The notes under the pieces are model-generated. The model was not told the origin of the DNA and made no database searches. It worked only from the letters and a program-made list of their open reading frames with translations. This document shows positions 9,148-17,267 of a stretch of 32,000 bases of DNA, piece after piece (position 1 is the first letter of the stretch; every line of letters begins with the position of its first letter). A program made the translations under genes and the position numbers. This DNA is from Acaryochloris marina S15 (GTDB lineage: Bacteria > Cyanobacteriota > Cyanobacteriia > Thermosynechococcales > Thermosynechococcaceae), in contig NZ_CP064923.1 of NCBI RefSeq assembly GCF_018336915.1, positions 1 through 32,000 of the forward strand. The letters run 5' to 3'.

Positions 9148-9178
9148 GATGCTATACGGCATCAGCAGTGTTGACGAT

Positions 9179-9251
9179 GGGCGTAAGCAAAGGATCGGGG
9201 ATGCATGGCTCAAAGAAAAACGGGTCAAGGACAATAGATCCTGTACCCGAA
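9179..9251 (+). mobile_element. Inverted 73-bp fragment of the ISKra4-like right end (reverse complement of element positions 1414-1486)
   Basis: gggcgtaagcaaaggatcggggatgcatggctcaaagaaaaacgggtcaaggacaatagatcctgtacccgaa is the exact reverse complement of 8765-8837. It abuts the left end of copy 2. Confidence 0.9.
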
Positions 9252-10673
9252 GGGCGTATTTAGCGGATCGGGGATGCCTTAGTTTTCGGAATGGTCACCT
9301 CTGGGAATAAGGAGTCAAACCGTTCATTGACCCAGGCAATTCTCAAGATCAGTAAATGGTTGAAACCATCCTCACTCCAGCGCATGCCAACTCCCTTAAA
9401 GCGCTGCTGAATCAACCACTTGCATGCACTTTCAACCATTCCTGACCCGAGAGGAATCTGTTGCTGTTCAAAGTGCCGATAACGGATGTGGTTATGATGG
9501 CGTTGGAAATAAGCCTGCACCTGGAGCAACGTTGAAAAAGACTTTCCCGTTAACAGTTGTGAGTGAATCAATATCGTCAAGGACCGTAATACAAGTAGGT
9601 GTTGCCCGTGTCGCAATTGGTGTCGCCAGTGCCGGAACCAGGCTTGGGCTTGAGCAGAGCGGGCATCTCCAAACATCGCTTTAGTTGCTCGTGCCAGATG
9701 GCCTGCTGAATGAAAAAAGTCGAGGACTGCCACAGCACAATGAGAGAACAAGGTGCGATAGACTCGCCAGAAGCCTCGTCCCCCATCACTGAGCCAGATG
9801 ACTTTTGGAGCAGATTCAAAGTCTTGTTTGTGAGCTTCGAGTTGAAGTAAAGGGATGAACTGGTCGATATCGCCCAATACTGCCACCAGTCTTCGACGCA
9901 GTAATTGGGGGACCTCCTTTTTAGCTCGGGTAACCCGTGTTCCCAGGCGAGCTAAGATGGCGACTTTGACTTCTCGCCACTGGATTTTTCCCTTGGGTGA
10001 GTTCGGGGTGGGGCGAAAGGGGACCATCACACCATCGGCGGCAATGGCCAAAGGTAGAGCAGATAACATCTCTGAAATCGCTTCACAAGGGGCCTGAGTC
10101 CCTGATGATTGAGCGTTGAGTTGAGCTTCTAATTCCTGCTGAGCTTTGTTACCCACGGATTGCACCCAGTTCCACAAACTGGATGGACTCACGGATAGAC
10201 CACTCCACTGACCCAGCATCCAACTGGCCAGTTCATAGGGCATGAACAGACTCAACAAGCAGCCCAGACGCACCAGTTCTTCGCTGCTGTGCTGATAGGG
10301 GGCAATCCCAATGGCTTGATCCAGGGGAGTCAACAGACTGCCTGGACATCCTTTGGGACAACGGCCCACCCGTCGCTTTCAAGAGATAGTGCCTACCAGT
10401 GTCTGCATCTGACGAGATTCCCATCCCTTCGAATGTAAGCGGGTTCCGCAGGTAGTACATACAGGCCATACAAATACTGCTTTCGCGCGCCTTGAGAGTT
10501 CATCCTCCAGAAGACAGCGAGCTAGAAACAAGCCCATTTGCAGAACGATATAAACCATCTGACTCAGGCTGGTTGATACTTTGAGTGCTTCAGTTTGTTC
10601 TAGAAATTCGTCATGGGCTAGCACGGTTAGCAATTGCGATGGTAGGGTCATGATAGTTTTTTGGTTCGGGTAC
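9252..10673 (-). mobile_element. ISKra4-like IS, copy 2, lacking the last 64 bp of its right end (element positions 1-1422)
   Basis: Apparently identical to copy 1 (offset 1900), since the ORFs in all frames translate identically. It ends at ...ttggttcgggtac and runs directly into the left end of copy 3. Confidence 0.9.
9260..10651 (-). CDS. DDE transposase of copy 2 (same in-frame TGA, at 10379-10381)
   Basis: The translations are identical to copy 1. Confidence 0.8.
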
Positions 10674-12159
10674 GGGCGTATTTAGCGGATCGGGGATGCC
10701 TTAGTTTTCGGAATGGTCACCTCTGGGAATAAGGAGTCAAACCGTTCATTGACCCAGGCAATTCTCAAGATCAGTAAATGGTTGAAACCATCCTCACTCC
10801 AGCGCATGCCAACTCCCTTAAAGCGCTGCTGAATCAACCACTTGCATGCACTTTCAACCATTCCTGACCCGAGAGGAATCTGTTGCTGTTCAAAGTGCCG
10901 ATAACGGATGTGGTTATGATGGCGTTGGAAATAAGCCTGCACCTGGAGCAACGTTGAAAAAGACTTTCCCGTTAACAGTTGTGAGTGAATCAATATCGTC
11001 AAGGACCGTAATACAAGTAGGTGTTGCCCGTGTCGCAATTGGTGTCGCCAGTGCCGGAACCAGGCTTGGGCTTGAGCAGAGCGGGCATCTCCAAACATCG
11101 CTTTAGTTGCTCGTGCCAGATGGCCTGCTGAATGAAAAAAGTCGAGGACTGCCACAGCACAATGAGAGAACAAGGTGCGATAGACTCGCCAGAAGCCTCG
11201 TCCCCCATCACTGAGCCAGATGACTTTTGGAGCAGATTCAAAGTCTTGTTTGTGAGCTTCGAGTTGAAGTAAAGGGATGAACTGGTCGATATCGCCCAAT
11301 ACTGCCACCAGTCTTCGACGCAGTAATTGGGGGACCTCCTTTTTAGCTCGGGTAACCCGTGTTCCCAGGCGAGCTAAGATGGCGACTTTGACTTCTCGCC
11401 ACTGGATTTTTCCCTTGGGTGAGTTCGGGGTGGGGCGAAAGGGGACCATCACACCATCGGCGGCAATGGCCAAAGGTAGAGCAGATAACATCTCTGAAAT
11501 CGCTTCACAAGGGGCCTGAGTCCCTGATGATTGAGCGTTGAGTTGAGCTTCTAATTCCTGCTGAGCTTTGTTACCCACGGATTGCACCCAGTTCCACAAA
11601 CTGGATGGACTCACGGATAGACCACTCCACTGACCCAGCATCCAACTGGCCAGTTCATAGGGCATGAACAGACTCAACAAGCAGCCCAGACGCACCAGTT
11701 CTTCGCTGCTGTGCTGATAGGGGGCAATCCCAATGGCTTGATCCAGGGGAGTCAACAGACTGCCTGGACATCCTTTGGGACAACGGCCCACCCGTCGCTT
11801 TCAAGAGATAGTGCCTACCAGTGTCTGCATCTGACGAGATTCCCATCCCTTCGAATGTAAGCGGGTTCCGCAGGTAGTACATACAGGCCATACAAATACT
11901 GCTTTCGCGCGCCTTGAGAGTTCATCCTCCAGAAGACAGCGAGCTAGAAACAAGCCCATTTGCAGAACGATATAAACCATCTGACTCAGGCTGGTTGATA
12001 CTTTGAGTGCTTCAGTTTGTTCTAGAAATTCGTCATGGGCTAGCACGGTTAGCAATTGCGATGGTAGGGTCATGATAGTTTTTTGGTTCGGGTACAGGAT
12101 CTATTGTCCTTGACCCGTTTTTCTTTGAGCCATGCATCCCCGATCCTTTGCTTACGCCC
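10674..12159 (-). mobile_element. ISKra4-like IS, copy 3, complete (1486 bp)
   Basis: Both ends are intact (gggcgtattt... at 10674; ...cttacgccc ending at 12159). The flanking 9-mers differ (ttcgggtac vs tgtttcatc). Confidence 0.9.
10682..12073 (-). CDS. DDE transposase of copy 3 (same in-frame TGA, at 11801-11803)
   Basis: The translations are identical to copies 1 and 2. Confidence 0.8.
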
Positions 12160-12161
12160 TG

Positions 12162-12272
12162 TTTCATCCCTATGATGGCGGCGCAGACGTCGTGTTAGCC
12201 ACAACTGAACAAAGAGATAGGCTCAAGAAAAAATATGATGAGTGGTTATCGGATCATCCTGACGGTTTTTAA
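12162..12272 (+). pseudogene. 3' remnant (36 codons) of a gene truncated by IS copy 3: FHPYDGGADVVLATTEQRDRLKKKYDEWLSDHPDGF*
   Basis: The frame is open directly from the IS boundary to TAA at 12270-12272, with no start codon. It loosely resembles the C-termini of DUF3885-type proteins, from memory and with low certainty. Confidence 0.4.
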
Positions 12273-12340
12273 CGCCCACTCCAGTCCGTTGGAGGACTGG
12301 GCAGTTGAATGAAGATGTTGTGTGAAATGAGGGTGGCCGC

Positions 12341-12637
12341 ATGCCCAGTCAAGTCAAAATAGTTTCGAAAGACGAGCTGGATTCAATGCATACAGGGACA
12401 TTATTACGTAGACGAACCGCTTTATTGCAGTGCGAAGACTCTTTTGCAGTATCGGATCGATCTGATTACGAGTCTTCTCCCAACCCAGATGAAACGGGAT
12501 GGGTTGAATTTAAAGATCAGCCTCAATGGAGACAGGCATACGAGGAGGTCAAAGATGTTCTTGCCACCCGTGAGCATATCCCTACTGGTCAGGAAAAATG
12601 GTCCAAACGGATAAAGCAGTCTCAGAAACAAAGGTGA
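12341..12637 (+). CDS. Hypothetical protein (98 aa, acidic/basic, no recognised domain)
   Basis: ATG-initiated ORF with a purine-rich stretch upstream (gagggtgg). No competing ORF. Confidence 0.55.
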   Translation: MPSQVKIVSKDELDSMHTGTLLRRRTALLQCEDSFAVSDRSDYESSPNPDETGWVEFKDQPQWRQAYEEVKDVLATREHIPTGQEKWSKRIKQSQKQR

Positions 12638-12928
12638 ATGGTTGAGGTCTGACTGGCAAGAATAGGCAGCACAAGCGGATCCCTCGTTTTGCCTAGTTTT
12701 TGGATTGGTAGATGTGCCGATCCGCTAGATTGTTATGTGGCGATGATACAGAAGTGCGATGGACTCCGTCCGGCCTTTGGCCATCGCAGGGAGTCTGCCT
12801 ATATTGAACTCCCTGATAGCACTAGCGAAAATACCAGTCCACGTTCGAAACCGAAGTAAAAAAATGCCATTGTATGGCTCCCTACGATAGCCTGTAAGCA
12901 ATGCCACTCCAATAAAGGAGATTCTTCT

Positions 12929-13663
12929 GTGATTGAGTACCGTAATAACCCCACGAGTAACGTTGTTGAACTCATTGTTGAAGGCAAAATTACCGAGGCT
13001 GACTTAGATCAAACTATATCTCGGATGAAACTCGATATTTCCAGGCATGGCAAGCTCAAACTCCTGGAAGAAATTCGGAGCTTTGAGGGCATAGATCCCA
13101 TTGCCTTGTGGAAAGATGCTCAGTTTGGCCTCAGCCATGTCAACGACTTTTCCCATGTTGCCGTTGTGGCAGAAGCAGAATGGGTGCGGACCATTGCTGC
13201 GGCGTCTGATAATATTCTGTCGGCTCAGGTCAAAGCTTTTTCTCCTTCTCAACATGAAGCAGCCCGAACCTGGTTACTGACAGCCCCTGAGCCGAGCCAA
13301 GCCTCCGGTATGACCTACCGCAGCAGCAGTGAGAGCAATGTCGTTGAAATCATTATCGAGGGCACCATTACCGCTGCCGACTTTGATCGAATTGTGCCTC
13401 AAGTTAAAGCGGATCTGGCCAAGCATGGAAAAGTGAAAGTTCTAGAAGAGATTCGTAGCTTTGAAGGCATGGACCCCATGGCCTTATGGAAAGATTTGCA
13501 GCAGGCCTATATGGTCAAAGATATTACCCATGTGGCCTTGGTGGCCGATGCCCAATGGATGCGAACAGTTGCAGAAGCGGTCAGCGCAATTTTTCCAGCG
13601 GAAATTAAAGCGTTTGAGCGATCGCAAATTGATTTAGCCCGAGTTTGGCTAGCAGCTGCGTAA
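12929..13663 (+). CDS. Tandem SpoIIAA-like/STAS_2 (DUF3478-type) protein with two fused ~120-aa repeats
   Basis: GTG start 9 nt after AAGGAG (12914-12919). The two halves share LEEIRSFEG(I/M)DP(I/M)ALWKD...HVA(V/L)VA(E/D)A(E/Q)W(V/M)RT...KAF...AR.WL. Confidence 0.8.
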   Translation: MIEYRNNPTSNVVELIVEGKITEADLDQTISRMKLDISRHGKLKLLEEIRSFEGIDPIALWKDAQFGLSHVNDFSHVAVVAEAEWVRTIAAASDNILSAQVKAFSPSQHEAARTWLLTAPEPSQASGMTYRSSSESNVVEIIIEGTITAADFDRIVPQVKADLAKHGKVKVLEEIRSFEGMDPMALWKDLQQAYMVKDITHVALVADAQWMRTVAEAVSAIFPAEIKAFERSQIDLARVWLAAA

Positions 13664-14077
13664 TATTAAAAGTCGCAAACCCTCACCCACTCAAGATTTG
13701 CTGAAATGAGAGTGCTAGGCTAGCATCGAGTCAATCCATCCGATCATTGGCTGGATCTATCGTTCGCTTCACTAGGAAAGATAAACCAGTGGCTATGCTT
13801 TTGAGGCAGCCTAAAAGACTCAGTCGGCAATATTGGCAGTCGATTCTCCTCCTGCTTTTAATGCTGCTAGGTCTTGTAGCTGATCAGGCAGATGCTCTGC
13901 AGCCCAATAAAGTTCGTTATTCGACTCAAGGTTGTGGTGATTTTCTAGCCAGGTGGAATAAGAAACCAGCAGCATTGAAGTTTATTCAATGTGAAACATG
14001 GGAACGTGCACAGGTTAGTACTCTCACATCTTCTTATACCGTCCAGGGAGCTGACGCTATAGAAATAGAGAAATTTC

Positions 14078-15464
14078 GGCTCTCCGGTAATTAGCGTGGT
14101 GACACCCTACATATAGTGTTTATTCCTTAGTCATCTCCTATGGAATGATCTGAGGAGGTACTTCAGAACGAGAGTGTCATGGATAACTCAATTCGCATTC
14201 CCCTCAACCTTCCCGATGTTCAAGTTCTAGAGCTATCGAAGACGGAACGAGGGGATTGGCTGATCAAAATTGAGAGTACTCTGCAAGGAACAACCTGCCA
14301 CAAATGTGGACATGAGATTACTGACCTTCACTGCCATGATCAGGCTCTTCGAATTCGTCACTTGCCATTGTTCGAAGTACCAGTGTATTTAGAAATTCGG
14401 CCCAAGCGCTATCGATGCGGGTATTGCGATGACCATCCCACAACAACTCAACGCTTAGAATGGCATGAACCTCGTAGTCCCAATACCAAAGCTTATGAGC
14501 ATTGGCTTCTGCGTATCCTGATCAACTCAACGGTCTCAGATGTTGCTAGGAAACTAGGCGTTAGTGAGGATGTCGTCAGTGGCACCATTGATCGCTGGAT
14601 TGCCTGTCAAGTTGACTGGAGCGAATATTTAGACCTCCAAGTCATCGGGATTGATGAGATTTCTCTGAAAAGAGGCCACCGTGATTTTGTAGTTTTGATC
14701 ACGATTCCTACCACAGGCGGAGTCGACATATTGGCAGTTCTGGCTGACCGTAAACAACAGACCGTTGCAAATTTCCTTCAATCGATTCCCCTTCATTTAC
14801 GCCAAACCATTGAGCGGGTTTGTACTGATATGTATCAAGGATTTGTCAGTGCAGTCCGTGAACAACTCCCTCAAACAAAAGTTGTCATTGACCGCTTTCA
14901 TGTGGCCAAAGCCTATCGTAATTGTGCCGATACGGTTCGTAAACGGGAGGTCAAACGTCTACGCCAAGAACTCCCTAAGCAAGACTATGACAGTATCAAA
15001 GGTGCGATGTGGGCCTTTCGAAAACGGCCTGAGAATCTCCAGGAGTCAGAACAACAGTTGCTTGAGCGAGTGTTTGCTTATTCTCCTGAGATGAAGCAGG
15101 CCTACAAACTCCGAGAGGAATTGACACAGATATTTGAGGGTAGGTACACCAAAAACGGAGCTAAATGTGCCATCCGGGCTTGGTGTAAACGAGTCCTCAA
15201 AAGTGACATCAAGGATTTTGAGAGTTTCCTGACCACTGTCAACAATTGGATGGATGAGATGACCAACTATTTTCTGGAGGGATGGACCAGTGGCTTTGTC
15301 GAAGGATTTAACAACCGAGTTAAGGTCCTAAAAAGACGATGCTACGGTATTTTCGATATTGAAAGGCTCTTCCAAAGGATTTCGCTTGACCTCAATGGGT
15401 ATCAGACTTTTGCCTTGACCTAAACACTATATCTAGCGGCTACCACGCTAATTCCCAGAGAGCC
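14078..15464 (+). mobile_element. ISL3-family insertion sequence (1387 bp)
   Basis: The IRs are ggctctccggtaattagcgtggt and the reverse complement of accacgctaattcccagagagcc (21/23). The GGCTCT terminus is typical of ISL3. The 8-bp duplication gaaatttc lies at 14070-14077 and 15465-15472. Confidence 0.9.
14179..15423 (+). CDS. ISL3-family transposase
   Basis: 414 aa. N-terminal zinc-finger pairs (CHKCG...CGYC). GIDEISLKRGHRDFVVLIT, VIDRFHVAK and GFVEGFNNRVKVLKRRCYG are ISL3 DDE signatures. Confidence 0.95.
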   Translation: MDNSIRIPLNLPDVQVLELSKTERGDWLIKIESTLQGTTCHKCGHEITDLHCHDQALRIRHLPLFEVPVYLEIRPKRYRCGYCDDHPTTTQRLEWHEPRSPNTKAYEHWLLRILINSTVSDVARKLGVSEDVVSGTIDRWIACQVDWSEYLDLQVIGIDEISLKRGHRDFVVLITIPTTGGVDILAVLADRKQQTVANFLQSIPLHLRQTIERVCTDMYQGFVSAVREQLPQTKVVIDRFHVAKAYRNCADTVRKREVKRLRQELPKQDYDSIKGAMWAFRKRPENLQESEQQLLERVFAYSPEMKQAYKLREELTQIFEGRYTKNGAKCAIRAWCKRVLKSDIKDFESFLTTVNNWMDEMTNYFLEGWTSGFVEGFNNRVKVLKRRCYGIFDIERLFQRISLDLNGYQTFALT

Positions 15465-15764
15465 GAAATTTCTGCAAAGACAATTTGGCATGACTCCCCT
15501 CCGCTTCCTCTGTTGTGGTTGGGAAGTTAGCCCTGCAAAAGGTGGAGTGTCTCCTCATTATGGACGTTATATAGATCCAGAGGGTGCTAAGTTTGAGGCC
15601 TCTATGCCTTCTGGAGAGACCCTATTAAACAGCCGTAGGGCTTGGCATAAGATTCCTAAATTTCATATTCAGATCACGACATACTTGGGGGAGTTTTAAG
15701 TCAGGCTGTTACGGCTTGATTTTGTCTTGTTTAAGAAGATCTTGATCTCAGTTGGAGAAGAGCG

Positions 15765-16463
15765 ATGGAACCTGAAAGAGAACAAGAAATTGCGAATTTG
15801 CGGGCTTTGAATTTGACGCCAAAGCAGATTGCGCGCAAGTTAGGATTGCGGGTGTCTGAAGTCTCAGCCGTGATCCGGGCTCAGGCAGAAGAAAATGCTC
15901 TTGCTCATGGCAAAACGGCTACCCTTGATCCATTGTTCGAGTGCTGGGCCAATGGAGACGCAGTAGAACACTTTTTCAATGCCCCAACGCCCTCGACTGC
16001 AACAGTAGAAGATGAATCCCAGGGAATGGCGATTGTGACGGTTACCCGGAAAGCGGGCCACAACCGTTTTGTGATTTGTACTTACCTGCTGGACTATTGG
16101 TGCTTAGGTCTCAAAGATACGATCGGGCCTCGCAAGTTCAGCACCCAAGACTATGAATATTTTATTGACCAGGCTTATCAAGGATTTGATGAACCGCCTC
16201 AAAAGATCTCCTTAGATCAAGCTCAAGCCATGGTTTATAGCGTGATTGACTATGCAGAGGGGCTAGGGTTTAAGCCCCATAGAGATTTTCAGAATTCTAA
16301 AGTTCATTTAGGAGAATGGAGTGGCCAAGGCAAACTGGACTGTGGCCGTGATGGCAAACCCTGTTATTTCTGTGGCCCCTACGATGATCCGAAGAAAATT
16401 TTGCAAACCCTCACCGAAAATGTGGGTGAAGGTAATTTTGACTATGTGATCGAGGGCGAGTGA
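15765..16463 (+). CDS. Hypothetical protein with an N-terminal HTH-like segment (conserved-cyanobacterial type)
   Basis: 232-aa ORF. LTPKQIARKLGLRVSEVSAVIR looks like a helix-turn-helix. The rest is unassigned. Confidence 0.7.
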   Translation: MEPEREQEIANLRALNLTPKQIARKLGLRVSEVSAVIRAQAEENALAHGKTATLDPLFECWANGDAVEHFFNAPTPSTATVEDESQGMAIVTVTRKAGHNRFVICTYLLDYWCLGLKDTIGPRKFSTQDYEYFIDQAYQGFDEPPQKISLDQAQAMVYSVIDYAEGLGFKPHRDFQNSKVHLGEWSGQGKLDCGRDGKPCYFCGPYDDPKKILQTLTENVGEGNFDYVIEGE

Positions 16464-16727
16464 GTCCTATCGGTAAATGGTTGTGAGTGGCAGCCTCGCA
16501 TGAACGGTTTCTAAAAATTGGGGCGGATACCAGAAAATTGAGAGGGTTTGTCCATTATCTGGAGTGGCCCTGTTCAATCGTTTGAGCCGTAACCGTCATG
16601 AGTGGTGATGGGGCGGCCAAAAAGATGGGCTGCTTCATTGAAACTGAATTCAAGACCATTAGCTATCAGTTGACGACGATTCCACAACCAGGCAGGATCG
16701 TCGCAAGTGTTTATTTGGCTGTGCCCT

Positions 16728-17117
16728 ATGTCCCATGATGTGATTCGTACCGACCATGCTCCTGCCCCCGTCGGTCCTTATAACCAAGCCATTCGTGCCC
16801 AGGGAGCGATGGTATTTGCATCGGGGCAAATTGCCTTAGATCCTGCTTCTGGTGCCTTGGTGGGTGGCGATGATGTGGCCCAGCAGACGGAGCAAGTGAT
16901 GAAAAATTTGGAGGCCGTACTGACTGCAGCAGGAGTGGGCTGGTCTCAGGTGGTTAAAACAACGGTTTTCCTGGCAGACATGAATGATTTCGCTACGGTC
17001 AATGGCATTTATGCCCGCTATTTTGACGAAGCCACCGCCCCTGCTCGCGCTTGCGTGGAAGTGGCTCGGTTACCTAAGGATGTCTTGGTAGAAATCGACT
17101 GTATTGCTGTGGCCTAG
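16728..17117 (+). CDS. ridA: RidA/YjgF/TdcF-family reactive-intermediate deaminase
   Basis: APAPVGPYNQAI...SGQIALDP...TTVFLADMNDFATVNGIYARYF...PARACVEVARLPKDVLVEIDCIA is the classic RidA pattern. I chose ATG 16728 over the GTG at 16707 used by the track. Confidence 0.9.
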   Translation: MSHDVIRTDHAPAPVGPYNQAIRAQGAMVFASGQIALDPASGALVGGDDVAQQTEQVMKNLEAVLTAAGVGWSQVVKTTVFLADMNDFATVNGIYARYFDEATAPARACVEVARLPKDVLVEIDCIAVA

Positions 17118-17267
17118 GGCTATTGGCCTGGAACCTAAATGTATCATCAGCAGTCGTAGGAAATTACGGCAACGCCAACCCGCCTTGATTTTTTAAATGA
17201 ACCAGCAGCCTTGGGTTTTAAGTTGGCCAGTTCCCCTCAATCTGTCCTCTTTATTCCTAATATCAGC

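Larger units (their letters stand above)
13795..15699 (+). pseudogene. Secreted or membrane-anchored hypothetical protein gene split by ISL3 (parts 13795-14077 and 15473-15699; the track ORF starts at TTG 13747)
   Basis: Removing the IS and one 8-bp duplication joins ...AIEIEKF to LQRQFGMTPLRF... in frame. N-terminal hydrophobic segment WQSILLLLLMLLGLVA. Confidence 0.75.

Noticed and set aside
7352-12159. Three ~1.4-kb direct repeats, considered as a possible tandem array, CRISPR-like structure or composite transposon carrying 8838-9178
   Set aside because: The units are complete IS elements with their own inverted repeats. Copy 1 has its own 9-bp duplication, so it inserted independently. 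The DNA between the copies is just the 3' half of the interrupted lipoprotein gene. There is no short repeat-spacer architecture.
12838-12870. cgttcgaaaccgaagtaaaaa, reminiscent of the CGUUC...GGAAGUA core of cyanobacterial glutamine (glnA-type) riboswitches
   Set aside because: Only a partial resemblance, recalled from memory. The supporting helices and the rest of the conserved core are not evident, and the downstream gene (STAS-like) is not a typical target. A covariance-model scan (Rfam glnA/Downstream-peptide) would settle it.
14061-15481. Apparent extension of the ISL3 inverted repeats outward to agaaatttc
   Set aside because: The extra 8 bp (gaaatttc) is a palindromic target-site duplication, not part of the element. 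With GGCTCT termini, the host gene is restored in frame.
16464-16727. A ~260-bp ORF-free gap before ridA, with a start-less minus-strand frame of ~43 codons (...PAWLWNRRQLIANGLEFSFNEAAHLFGRPITTHDGYGSND*)
   Set aside because: No start codon and no recognisable family, and it falls below the ORF threshold. It could be a gene remnant, but I cannot support that from the sequence alone.
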